From the NCBI GenBank assembly GCA_016748015.1, contig JAAOMT010000426.1, forward strand, positions 29,620-93,619: a stretch of DNA of 64,000 bases, read 5' to 3'. The translations under genes and the position numbers were made by a program. Shown here piece after piece: positions 25,588 through 38,399 of this stretch. Under the pieces are notes generated by a model. It was not told where the DNA came from, made no database searches, and saw only the letters and a list, made by a program, of their open reading frames with translations. Positions within the stretch are counted from its first letter, which is position 1. Every line of letters begins with the position of its first letter. Source of the stretch: Geosiphon pyriformis uo1 (taxonomy: Eukaryota; Fungi; Glomeromycota).

Positions 25588-28346
25588 ATGTCATTAAAAC
25601 AACAGGAGCGAGATAATTTCGTGTTTTTCGATCAATCCGAAGAATGGAACCTCTTGAATTTTCTAAAGTACCTTGATTCAGAGAAGAGTTTGGGTGATAA
25701 CTCTGAAGTACACCACAAGTATAGAATAATTCTGAGTAGGATTAAAAACAGTGGAGATGTGTCGCAAGAAAAAAGAGAGAAGGCTGAACAAGCACTGTTA
25801 GCTTATGAAGAAAGTATTGCAATTTATTTTCTTTTTATTGCTCTTATATTTTGCCTAGAGAAGAGTGTTTGGTCGAGGCCGATAATCCCACCATCGAGGT
25901 GGTGGGCACACTCGGTGCTAGGTTGAGGCTGAAATACCCTTGTCGAGGCAGGGGGTGCACATCTAGGTGCTTAATATATGAGCTAGACAACCTTTGTAAC
26001 AGTAAGACTAACTAATTTCTCCTTAAGTATGAAAAGCGTTCTTCCCAGGTCAAAGAATTTTGGCGGAAAAGAAATCTTCGAATTTTACTTAACGAAAACA
26101 CTATGAAAAGCACCAAAAGGATTATCAACCAAATTAATATGGTACAGGATGAAGCAAGCGATGTTTTAGTTCTAGGTAAGAGGGATAATCTGAGGCAACT
26201 AAGATCAGGTATGTTTGAAATTGGTGATAAGATCGAAGGAGATGTTCGCCGCTTTGGACTGGAAAAGGTATATAAAAATCAAATAAACAGTGCATTGCTC
26301 AGAAATAATAATTAAGCTTATTATGCTTTAGAATGAACTTGAACAGCCATGTACACCAGAAGATAAGGTACTTTTATTTTTCTATCATGTTTTCAATGTA
26401 TAATTGTCTTCTTACTTTCAAATGTATACAGATTATACCCACTTCTTATGGTAATGAGTCCTCTACATCAGTAATTAATATACCTTCCAGGTCCATAGAA
26501 GATAAAAGCAAATCGGAAGAGGTAATATCTCTTCATTATTACATGTACAAAAAATATTAGTTAAAAATTTTAGAATTTTGTTTTTAGGAATCTGAATTCG
26601 ATGAATCTGAATCTGACGAATCGGATGTGATGTATGATATTGATAAAAAGGAGAGAAAGGTATGTTATAATGTTTCATGCTATTTTGTAAAAAAGAAAAT
26701 TTTTATAATGTTTTATGTAGTCAGGGCCATTCAAGCTGAGCGATGGGGACCGAACAGAGATTGAAAGTGTTTATGCGAAGCTGAAGAAGGATGTCATGTG
26801 GAGATTATCAAGCAGAAGATTTGTAGAAGAAGAGTTATATAGTCTTGGAAAGAAACTAGAATTTGAACAGTAAGTTTTACAGATACAATTAATCTTTACA
26901 TACATGATGGAAGATATATATTAATCTAATGTAAATGTATATTTTAGCACTGCACATTCTTTTATAATCGATACAGATGATGAAATTATTAAACAACATT
27001 TTACTGAACTTGAATTAGAAGAAATTGACAATGCATCTGTTCCGGAGGTTCCAGATCTCGCTCAGGACATTATTGAATATTTAAATAAGTTTATAAATAT
27101 AGTAAGTTGTAGATTGGATTGTTGATAAATAATGCCAATATGTATGGGATGCTAATTACATCAATTTTTTTCAATAGGATAGTGCAAAGAAAGTACGTTC
27201 TATTATTAGTGAGCAAGATGATAGATTCAATATAAACTATGATTCATCTATTCATCATGATCTGGATTACATTCGGTTTGCTCTTTATGCATTGTAAGTT
27301 TGTGCGTTTTTAATTTAAACATTAAGAAAGTTTGCCTACAATATGATGTTTATTTCACTCTCTTGCAAACGTTCCTTATGCAGAACCAGAGAGATTGAAA
27401 ATGGGGGTCTTGTACACCCAAATCTAGAATCATGGTATAATTGCCATATTTGGAATACAATTGTCGATCAAGGATTTGCAGACATCAAGGGAACGTTAGT
27501 CGTACGGTAATAAACTAATTTTTTTGATCTATTTTGCTCGGCAAATTACTACATGTTTTTTGGTTTCTTTCTGCTAAATTTCTAGAGGGGAAAGTACTTG
27601 CATTGCAACAGCCACCAGGAAAAACAGAAAGAGGGTAGTGACACAGAGGCGTAAAATGGGACGTCGAGGAGACTGGATATTAAGACTAACTGGTAATGGA
27701 GATCGTGACGAATACGGCATAGGTGAAGTTGGAAAATGCTGGTTAGATAGATTTGGAACGAAATTCTTGGGAGAAACATCTTTAAAGCAACCTAAAGCTT
27801 TAAAGGATATGTTAGTTAAACTCATGAAAAGAATCAATTGGGATAAAGAATTATGTTCAAAAGTGCAAACTGTTGGAATAACTCATTCAGGTATATAATT
27901 TTGCAGCATGATTTTTCTAAACATCGTACAACAAATTGTTACCCATTTCAGACTTTGTAGGTTTAATGATGACAGTCATGCATATGGACAACCCGCATGG
28001 ATATGTTTGTAGAATCCGTCGTGGAGAGTTCCTAGAGGTTCCAGATAAGGAAGAAAATCTATCGGCATTATTGGTTATACTGGCTGCCATATTGAATATC
28101 AAGGTTTCTATGTTCAACTGCTTTGTTTGCTTGATGACACGTAATGACTACCTTAACACATGTCATTTTTTACAGATTGCTGTACGAGAAACAATAAAAG
28201 TTGTACAACCGAAGATGCAAAGTGAAAGCATTTTCAAGCAAGCGGGGCGTCTAAAGCGACCACGAAATTCTGATGAAATTCCTGCATGCTTTACCACACC
28301 AAAAAAATTTAAGGAAATTACTTCTCGGAAAGTTGGGAAATATTAG
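25588..28346 (+). CDS. About 12-exon hypothetical protein with C-terminal PD-(D/E)xK restriction-endonuclease-like domain (Crinkler-type toxin/effector fold, inferred)
   Basis: Approximate exons: 25588-25809, 26028-26267, 26332-26367, 26432-26521, 26588-26659, 26721-26869, 26949-27101, 27178-27293, 27384-27507, 27586-27890, 27961-28103, 28177-28346. Motifs: MWRLSS..FVEEEL, HSFIID, NLESWYNCHIW, GESTCIATATRKN, RKMGRRGDWILR...DEYGIGEVGK, LKQPKALKDML, MDNPHGYVCRI. No stops noticed in the joined exons; the intron-1 donor is non-canonical. Confidence 0.75.
25840..25983 (+). ncRNA. Candidate structured intronic RNA element (long outer stem enclosing two three-way junctions, four YGAG-capped hairpins)
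   Basis: Pairings read directly: gctcttatatt/aatatatgagc, gcctaga/tctaggt, gagtgt/acactc, ttggt-cgag-gccga, cccaccat-cgag-gtggtggg, gtgc/gcac, ggt-tgag-gct, cccttgt-cgag-gcagggg. Confidence 0.6.
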
Positions 28347-29199
28347 ATAATGGTATCGACGATCGTAATTTTCATTAGTACTTACTGCTTTTTAACCCAA
28401 TCCGAGATATCATATTCAAAATATGAAAGCCAACTTAATCCATCATATAGTTCACATTCATTTACAAACAACATCACCCGTGGAATCTAGTTTCAACAGA
28501 GGCCTCTACTTCAAAGATACGGATAATAAAGGTGAAATTTAAAAGATGAAAGCGTACAAAGTACTATTAAGCCTTCATCGCTTAAACGAGGGGCTAAAAA
28601 TCTGAAGGCTGCTGAAAAAATCTCGCCTTATTTTGTAATTGTGAAAGCACCCCCTTCCGAACCTCAATCAATTCTCATTATTAATATTAATAATTGCAAA
28701 AGAATTCGTCTTGCCAAATCATCATCCAAAAATCAAAGAGATGCAAGAACTTGTACCAGAATTTCGCCATATTTTTCCTTAAAAAAAAGACTATCTACAT
28801 TTAACAATGACTCAACCCCAAAATCAAAGTGAGGTATACCAAAAAGACGGGGCAGTTGCAAGCACACATTTTAAAGAAATAGAAAAATCCGGTGCAAAGT
28901 CCCAGGAAAGTAATTTTGAGAAAAAACAAGATTCAAAAGAGTAATAAATTGCGATTGAGATATTGTCCATATCAAAAAAGGATTAGAACAATCTTCTACA
29001 AAAATTAAATTCATTTTACGTTGAAGATTAAATCATCTAACTTATAAGCAAAAATTTAATGGAGTTTTTAGATTAGAAAATAATTTACCTGTTATTTGGC
29101 ATTAATGCTACAAAAAAATGCAAATAATACTTTTAATAATAATTGGTCCGGAATGTATTTGCCACCAGCACACAATTATTTCAATATGAACAAGATATA

Positions 29200-31600
29200 A
29201 GTAAAAAATAAAATTCAAAAATATAGAAAGCAAAATATTTTTATTGAATACCATATAAAATAAAGCAAAATAAAGATTTTCAAAGAATTAATTAAAAAGA
29301 TTGTATAATTAATTATTTAAACAATTTAGAACAATTTTAAGTTAAAAAAAATAAAAAAATATTGTGATATTATTTTAATCTAAACAAGTTTTATATTTGT
29401 TTTATCCTTTTTTTGCTTTATAAAAAAATTTTATCCTTACAAAAAAATTCAGCATAATATTATTTATTTGTTCTTTGTTTATTTTCTTATTATTTGTATA
29501 ATTTTACTTTAATTTATAATAATTATAAAAATTGAATTAAAATAATAAAAATTATTAAAACTGATTATATAATAAAAAAAGCTTAAATAAACAGATTAAA
29601 TTTAAACAACCAAAAATCAAATTAATATATTAAAAAAAACAATAACAAAAAACAAAAATTATTAATAAGTAATTATTTTATTTTATTATTATTTAAACAT
29701 TTTTAAATAAATTAAACTATTTTAATATATTTTATATTAATTCTTACAATTTTTATTAAATTTATTACATATATAATTAGATTTAATAATTTTTTATTGT
29801 TTAATATTAAACAATTTAATAAGTTATTTTATGTTTTACAAATATAATATAAAACTTTATATTATATAAAAAACATAGATTATATTAAAAATAACATGTA
29901 AGTAATATTTAAACCAAATTAAAACTATTATAAATTAAACAAAAAAACATATTTTATGTTTTTTATTTTGTTAATATAATAATTTATATAATGATAAACT
30001 TATTTAATTACAATTTGAATGTTATTTAATTTTAAAACTTTAAAAGTTTTACAAAATTATTAATTAACCAAATATATTATTATTTATAAAAAATTTGTTT
30101 TATTGTTTATATTTTTATTATTAAAAAAATTAATATTAAACTTATTTTTAAATTTTTTTATAATTCACAAAATTCTTGTATATATTAATTTATTTTTTAG
30201 AAAAAACATTTAAATATTAATTATAAAATTAAATTTTTTGCACATTAATAGAAAATTAAGCTTATTAAAAAATTAATAGCTAAATAATAGATTTAATTAA
30301 CTAAGATAATTTATGTATTTAAATTTTTAAAAAAGTTATTTTTGTATTAACAATAGTATTAAAATATTATAAAATAAAAAACCAAAAAATTTGTGATTTT
30401 AACATAAAAAATTAAATTATTAAACAACATTTATTACAATTTTAAATAATATAACAAACTTAAAAACAAAACAGTTTTATAAACAAAAATTATATAATTT
30501 AACTTTTAACAAAATTAACAACCAAAAGTTTTTTATTAATATAATATTTTTCAAAATATTAGCTTTAATTATAATAATATTAAAATTATTTTTAAACTTA
30601 AAATAATAACAATAAATTTTTAATAACAATTAAAATTAAAAAACTAAAAAATAAAAAGTTTTTAAAAACAATACAATCCATTATAATTGATACTAATATA
30701 ATAAAACTATTTTAAAAAATTAGTTGTGTTTTTTGTTGTTTTATTTTTTTATCTATTTAAACAGCAAAAAAAAGTTGATAATTATATTTGGTATATTACA
30801 TTAAAAAAAGCTTTTACTTAAAGTTAAAAAAAATGTTTTTTGAATAGCCAAAAACCGAATTTTATTATTTAAGAAAAACATTTTAACAAAATATTGTTTG
30901 GATGTTTCTATTGGAATTTTTTTTTAAAGTAATTGCATTGCATGCTTATATATAAAATTGTTTAAACTTGATTCTTATTAATATTACAGATAAACCAATT
31001 ATTAAGCACTAGTTGCACAAATAAAGTTATTAAACATAATACATAATAACAACAAAATAAACTAATATAAATATTTTTTATTTTCATAAAGCATTATATT
31101 ATACGATTACAACTTGTGCTTGAAATCAATTTTTATGTTTCTTATTTTTAAAAAATAAGAAGTAAAAGTTTGTTTGAGTTTATAAAACCCAAGTAGATAA
31201 CTTTACTTATACAGTTTCTATTAATCATGACATTTATAAACCTTTATATAATATTTTTTAATTAAAAAAATAGTAAAATTGGTTAACAAGTTATTGGATA
31301 TATTGCTGGTATTTGCATCTACATAAACAATTTAATATTATAAAAAAACATGTTAATAAAATCAATTTCTAAATGCAAAAAGAAGGCTAAAAAACTGAAT
31401 AAAATAATAACATGTATTAAACGAAAAATTAAATACTTGCAAAATGAGATTCATAGAAAGACTATTGGTTTTTTTACTTATGAATTTAATGTGATTATTA
31501 TTCCTCCTTTGGAGAAATAAAATAAAATAAACAAAAAAACAAAAAAAATTCCAAAAAAAACAGGTCGAAAAATGTTTGACTGGGCACATTATCGATTTCA
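29200..31600. mobile_element. Extremely AT-rich decayed repeat block, possibly a Mutator/MULE-like relic
   Basis: Near loss of C/G and no real ORFs; only faint plus-strand remnants near 31.3-31.6 kb (FNVIIIPP/WRN, KCLTGH). The family call is weak. Confidence 0.3.
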
Positions 31601-32177
31601 ATAGCCAAAGTAGAGGAGTTAAGAGTTTATATTATTATCCAAAATGAAACTTATAGGTCCAAACTTGCAGTTGTTGTGGAAACATCCAAAACATTGAAGG
31701 ATCTTAAAGCATATAAATACCGAAATTGTAAGACTGTAATGGATAAAAATAGTGATTAAGAAAATTTTCTCCAAATATTGCTTGTCTTAGTTTTCTTTGG
31801 AGATTATGCAGAAAATGGTAGCAATGCATACTATTTTCTATTATTGATATATTGCTTTCCGCCCAGCTGTGTTTTCTTACTAAATGACTTGAATTCTCGA
31901 GATTTCGTAATTATAAAAATCTATATAAAAGAGCACACAGTTTTTTGGATGTTCATTTCAACCCTCAAGATGATGAAAATTTTGGATTAATAGATTTTTG
32001 GAGTCAATATTTGATATTAATTTGATGAATGTGTCAAAAGTAGCGCTTGCAAGAACAATCAAGCGCAGACACAAAACTCGTATTCTTTATTTATGTAAGT
32101 ATGAGAAATTAAATAATTCTATGATCGACGATAATACATCAAAGGAATACAATAAATAAGTAGATGAAAAAAAATAT

Positions 32178-33267
32178 TCAATAAATATTTTGTTCTTGAA
32201 ATTGTAATTTTTTAATCGTCCCAAACTCTATCACTTTTCCTTCAACCTTTTTCAAATCCACATTCCCATTGACCACTTTTGAAACAATATACTTTTCTTT
32301 CATATTTTCTTCCATAGCCCACCACCACTGATTCAACTGATATGCTGGGTCATCTCTTACTTGCTTTTCTTCTTTGTTAATTTCCCATGGTTTTTGTAGA
32401 ATATAATGAACATTTTTAACTTCATTGTCATTCCATATTGGAGCATGACACTTTCGTAAGGTTTTCAAAGCGTTATATTTATAGGATAAGCGTTTCCATT
32501 TTTTACAGAATATTTCGTTGAGAAAATCTTGGTCTGGGAAAAGAAGTGAGGAGGGATTAGGGTGGTTTCGAAAGGAATTTTCAATGCGAGCATATTCCCT
32601 GAGGGAAGGGGATAAGACCAATAAGCCCGAGTTGAAATAATCTACGTGTCCTCCACTTTTAGTGAGAGTAATGTCATTTGTATAAGCACAAGATTCCGGA
32701 ATCCTAAACAAGGGAAATGTACATTTGATGAATACAGGTATATGAGACATGAAAACTCATATTAACGAAAAACCATCACAAAATATCAATGAAATAAGAA
32801 TCATACCAGTCCTTAGGATAATGACTTAATTGCATCGGGTTACAAGTACAAGCACTTGATGCCAGAATCCAACCGTTCTCCAAAGGTTCCTCCAATAATT
32901 CGTCCATATTTTGAACAACCAACATATCTGCATCCAGCAAGACAACTCGTTCATATTCCTCCAATTCCCAAACGCGTAGCTTTGTCCATGTTTCTCTATA
33001 ACCAGCTCTTAATTCTTTTGTAACAGTTGACGGGGGATCAAGAAATGCAATTTTTCTCGTGATACAACCAAAATTTTCTCGAAATGCATTTAGCGTTTTT
33101 GATGATAGAGCGTCAGTGTGAATTATCACAAGAGGAAATTTTGATTTGACGTTTAAAAGAGAATGAGCTAGAACTTTTGCGCCGAGGATATATTCATTTT
33201 CTTTTGTTAAGAGAGTTGCCCATACTTTTTTCGGTTGGTTTATGTAATCATTGTTTGGTAAAGACAT
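32178..33267 (-). CDS. Glycosyltransferase family 8 (glycogenin/galactinol-synthase-like); exons 33267-32807 and 32703-32178
   Basis: WATLLT, TWTKLRVW, DxD motif RVVLLDADM, CTCNP..YPKDW/IPESCAYT across a GT-AG intron, FNSGLLVLSPS, FPDQDFLN, YNALKTLR, VHYILQKPW. Confidence 0.93.
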
Positions 33268-34738
33268 ATCAGTGGGTCCTACTGTCAAGATGGAGATAAA
33301 AAAGTGACTAAGAGAGTAAAAGCTCGGGGATGAATGAAGTATTTAAAAAAATGAAATTCATTTGTAAAATGAAGCTCCAAAAAGAATTCTTATGCATGCT
33401 ATTGACGTTTCACATGTGAAATCATTTAGATATGGCTGTGCATGTATTTAAAATCTTTAAACGCGGATTCCTACCTTTTCTTGACATTTTTAGATGATCT
33501 TGATATTATTATTCTCGAATATTCCAAAGACTTAGGAACCGATTTTGAGCATTTTGAACCATTTCAAATACTCTGTTAGGAAAATGGATCTAAGCCGATG
33601 GATCTGTTCTTTGGAATATCACTAAAAATTTCGATTTTCGCAAGAAAGATGGTTGAACTTTTTAATGAAAATAGATTTGAAAAGGACATAGATTAGATTT
33701 TTAATATTTGTGTTTGTGCTAACCATTGAGATCATTCATATGAAATTAAATTAGCAACACTTATCATTCTCTCTTTGTGAGCGATTTTTGCCTTTTATCT
33801 TATTGCTATCCATTATACTGAATCTCCGTTGATTTTTACCTTTTCTGGATTTTTTATTCTGATAGATCATCAATCATGAATCTAGATCAACTGGAGTCAC
33901 GTGAATATTAAAAATTAAAATTAAAATTAAAACTTTTTTTTTTAAGCGCAAATCCTATAATCCTAAATATTTGTTTTAAACATAAACATCCAATTAAAAC
34001 TTGTTTAATTGGATTGTAGCTTTTTTGAAGGCAACAAAATAGCTGCGTAAGTAAAAGTAAACCAATATAAAATAATGATGATTTATTTTTGATGGTTAAC
34101 CTCATTTGTCATGGTGCAAAAGTTAGTATTTTCAAAAGCAGGTTTCAATTTTTTTAGAAACTATAATTGTTAAAATATATAGTAATTTGGCGTATTTGTT
34201 TTGCCATGTTTTTGTGAATGATGCAACATTTATCAATCAGAATCATTTTGTAATGACCAACAATAGACAATAATCGTTCAAATAAGAAAGATATAAGCCA
34301 ATCAGTTTCTTAAAAAAGTTGAATCAATTTTTTTTTCTTTATTATTAAAGATTGGTTACAGAACAGAAACAGATGAACAGATAAACAGAACGTATACAAA
34401 AAAATATTTACAAAAATCGACAAACATTTTTACAAAGGAAAAATGCCAACGTATGGAACCATTTTTTGAATCGGAGAGTTCTATTGCTGATTACAAATTT
34501 ACAAAACGAAATTTTTCATTCGGGGAATGATTTTTTTTGTATTGAGAAAAAGCTTAATTGAAGATAATCACACAAACGTCGATTGAGGAAGTAAGTTATA
34601 ATAATTCGTTTTGTGTTGTATCATCAGGAGGCTATCATATAATTATTTGGTTGATGGTCATATTGATATTTTTAGGATGATTGTTAAAATTCGGCCACTG
34701 ACTGATTGTTTAAAATTCGGGACCTTCACAATTTCTCG

Positions 34739-35596
34739 TTAGCACGTGATAATGCCGTTATCATTAAGATTCATATGATTGAAATAATATTCCTGTCGTT
34801 CGCAGGTGATTTCTGTTAGAGAGGATGAGATGTTGGATATTTTATTATATTTCTGGGAAATTTGGCTCAGGCAGACCTCCCCATGAATACTTTCTACTTC
34901 TTCAAAATTTGAATTGGTATCAGAATCTAAACTTTGAGCATCGTCAAGCTTTTCAAATAGGAAACTTCTTCTCCCGAATGTACTCGCTGCGCTCGAGCAA
35001 ACAGTTGAAACGTAATCAGATGATGTGATAGTTTTTCCATCAAAGATACTATCATGTACTGAATCAGTGACGCTGGCAGTTGTATCACTTCTGTTTGAGA
35101 AATTCGAATATTGTCGAGAATCGATGATCACCTTTCTTCGTGGTGTGCATGTTTTTGGGTAATAAATATGATTAGGAAGGGGTTCCATTTCTTCAGGTTC
35201 GTCACAAAATGGAATTTCTAAATCTTCGAACGCTCGTATACCTATTGTTGTTGTTGTTGTTGTTGTTTTTGAAGCGGTTTCCTGCTGTTGGATCTCCGTT
35301 TTGGGATAGTTTTCTCGGTTAAATGTTGAACCTTTGAAAATGTGGAAAAGTTCAAAAAAATTCAAAGATCCTTTTCGTTTTTGTGTGTTTGGGATGGGTT
35401 TTCGAGATGATCTTTCCTCATTTTTCATGGTATTTCTTGTAGAATTTACTGGAGAAGAAGTACCAAAGAAAATCTCACTAAAGTATAATGAACCTTCTCG
35501 TTTTACTAGTGCAGGCTTTGGAGTATGGCTATTCATTTTAATATTTTGTTTTGAGGAGTGATTCGAATTCGAAAACCATTTATCTAATAAACCCAT
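34739..35596 (-). CDS. Hypothetical Ser/Thr-rich, probably disordered protein, 285 aa
   Basis: Long uninterrupted ORF with elevated GC in AT-rich surroundings, ATG in AAAA-ATG context; no recognisable domain. Confidence 0.7.
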   Translation of the reverse strand: MGLLDKWFSNSNHSSKQNIKMNSHTPKPALVKREGSLYFSEIFFGTSSPVNSTRNTMKNEERSSRKPIPNTQKRKGSLNFFELFHIFKGSTFNRENYPKTEIQQQETASKTTTTTTTIGIRAFEDLEIPFCDEPEEMEPLPNHIYYPKTCTPRRKVIIDSRQYSNFSNRSDTTASVTDSVHDSIFDGKTITSSDYVSTVCSSAASTFGRRSFLFEKLDDAQSLDSDTNSNFEEVESIHGEVCLSQISQKYNKISNISSSLTEITCERQEYYFNHMNLNDNGIITC

Positions 35597-38399
35597 TTTT
35601 ATAAATCAATTTTTCGTCTCGTTTAAAAAAGCAAATTAAAACACTTCGTTTTCAATTAAAAGATTTTGATCTGGGAGTTACTTTCGAAAAACTAAAGTTA
35701 TCTCCAATTTTTCGTTGATAATTTCCAGAGTATTCCCCTCCTCTATATATATGGATATTTTTAATCAACCTGTGCTCATTGTTATGTGATACTTTGAAAT
35801 CTGGAATAGACTCTGGGTACATCAACTCCAAAAATAGGAATCTAAGCTTAGTCTTAAAGAAGACAACCTGCAGGAAAAATGGATATGACATGATTAATAA
35901 TGATTCTAAAAAAAAATTCTTTTATTTTGTTGTTTACACGCAAACATTATTATTATTATTATTATTGTTAAATGAAAAATCATGAATTCATAACCGTTTA
36001 TAGTTGAACATGGGTGAATTAGCAGATCTTTAATTAAGAAGTGGCGGAGTTAGTCAGCATTATCATTTGATCATTATGATTTTATCAGTCTTTGTTCGAC
36101 CAATGTAAATTTGATTGGTGATGTTTATAAAGATGAATTATTTTTAAAGATAAAAATAATAATGTTTTTTCACATTCTAATTATAAATAGGATACTAATT
36201 GGCTGAGTAGTCTTAATTTTACAACATCTAAAATAAAATAGGTTTAAGTCGGCGGAGGGCATAGTTTTATATCGTCTACAATTATTTCTAGAAATAAGGC
36301 CATTTAAGATGAATATGGACATTGTATTTGTTTTGACATCCACTTTTCTCGCAGATCGGTTGAAATTTTCACACTCATTGAAAAGGTGATGTAAGTTTTT
36401 GTGAAGTCCAATTATGGAAGATAATTATCGTCTTTAAATCCTGATGAATGAAGTCAATATTGAATCAATTTAATATATATATTGGTCAAAATTACTTGAA
36501 ATCATCTCTGAGAACATTTTTCCACCAAACAGAAAAGGAAGATTAAATATATGTGCTAGAAGCAAAAAAAGAAGAGCAATTTGTTTTCAAGATGCCTTGT
36601 CAATCGCGTGAGAATTTTTTTAATAACAACAAAAACTTGTTATGCTTAATGTGAGGGAGGGGGGTTTCATGCTGGGAAATTATAGCAAATACCATAAAAC
36701 ACTTAGATTTAAATTCTAAAACTCAAACGTGATACTTGAGTTTAGTCAGCATCAAAAAAACTATTTAATTTTACGATTATTTTAATTATAAGTATAACTA
36801 TAAAAGAAACAGCGAGGCAACAAAGAAAGTTTTGATATTTGAGCAAGGTATTACGTAAAATTAGAAAAATTTTAGAGTTTAAAGAATTTTTTTCAGGACA
36901 ATCCTAATTTAGATCAACAAATATTTCCACTTAAAAACATAAGAAAAAACTAGACATATATGATTTAAAAATCCTTTGATCTCATCTTTGATTTAATATG
37001 TAAAATTTTGTTTGAGAATATTCAAATAGTGGGACAAAAAAGAAACCAATTACAACTGAATTTTTTTCTAGATTATTTTAAAGTAAAAAAAAATATTGGT
37101 CTTGTTTTTTTAAACAACATTTAATAAAAGGAGAGATTCAAAGTGAGATTAAGAAATTATACAAAGAATGACATATGATCGGAAAAACTTGAAGATTTTC
37201 TCGTTAAAAAAATTAGTAAATGTATATGTGTCTCTTTGTGATTTGCGTTTTACATACAACCAATCAAAATGAAGTTGAATAACTATTTTTTCTTTTTTGC
37301 ATCGGATATGATTGTTTTTGACTGCAAGTCTATGCATAAAAAATCCGTTTAAACTGTTATTCCGGATTAGTAAGGTACTTTATAAACAATAAGAGCCTTA
37401 AAAAGGTGCAAACATGATTTCTTTTAACATTAATATTATTTACTTGACAATTTAAAATGAGATTAATAAAGAATTTATTTAGCTTTTAAAATTTTTAATA
37501 TTGACAAAAAAAATATTTAATGGGAGCTCAATTCAACAGGTTGGAAGAAAGTCCCATTTATTGAATGAGAAATTTTTTCCTAATTAATCAAGTACATGCT
37601 TTTTGCATTTATATAATTTAATAATCAACCTTTCGAAATCCGACACTTTTCCGTTGTGAAACGTCTAATTTACATTTCAGAATGGAATATATTAAAATCG
37701 AATTGTTTCGCCCGACACTATAATTTTAAAGAATTAAAATTTAAAGCCTCATTCTCAAAATAGGATTCGTATACAACATTTCAATTTTTGATTATCACGA
37801 ACAAAAACTTTGGGCCTTTATTGGATTTATTTTATATATCGTTGACTAAAATTTAATCTCTCTGGGGTTTGATTTTTATCCACATTATACCTTAAAACCC
37901 TTTCAGATAAAATATTCGAATTTGAAACAGTATTTAATTATAAAAATCATTGGAATGTCTAAAATTAGATTGGCACCTGTTGTTTGGTATTGTTGTGAAG
38001 GTGTGACGTTCCAAATGTAGAAATGGCAATGCACGAAATACGTATATGGCGTGATCGGATAATGGAAAATTGTCCTGAGAACATGAAAATTTTGATTTCG
38101 GGCGAGTCAAATATAAGCTATTTTTTTCAAGGAAATTTTTTCGTTGATCATTTAACTTCATTTATTCTAATCCTTCGGAAATCTCATTTCATCCACTACT
38201 AAAGGAAATTAGAATTACATATTAAAGCCACGCCTTCTTTCAGTTCCATAACAGCTGCTGCAGAAAGTTTATTTAAAGGCTAAGAATATATTTTAAAAGG
38301 AATAAAAGGCACGCAAATGGGCGGTTTCATTATGATTCCAAATCTAAAAACATCAATTTTTAAAGAATACAAAGAAAAATGGCGGTCCTAAGTTTCCTT

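Noticed and set aside
25910-25941. Resemblance of actcggtgc...gaggctgaaataccc to the 5' half of a TPP riboswitch
   Set aside because: The UGAGA pyrimidine-sensor motif is incomplete, the whole 3' pyrophosphate-sensor half (CUGAU...GUAAU/AUAAU...GCG) is absent, and the host is not a thiamine gene. Hammerhead core motifs (CUGANGA plus GAAA) are also not satisfied.
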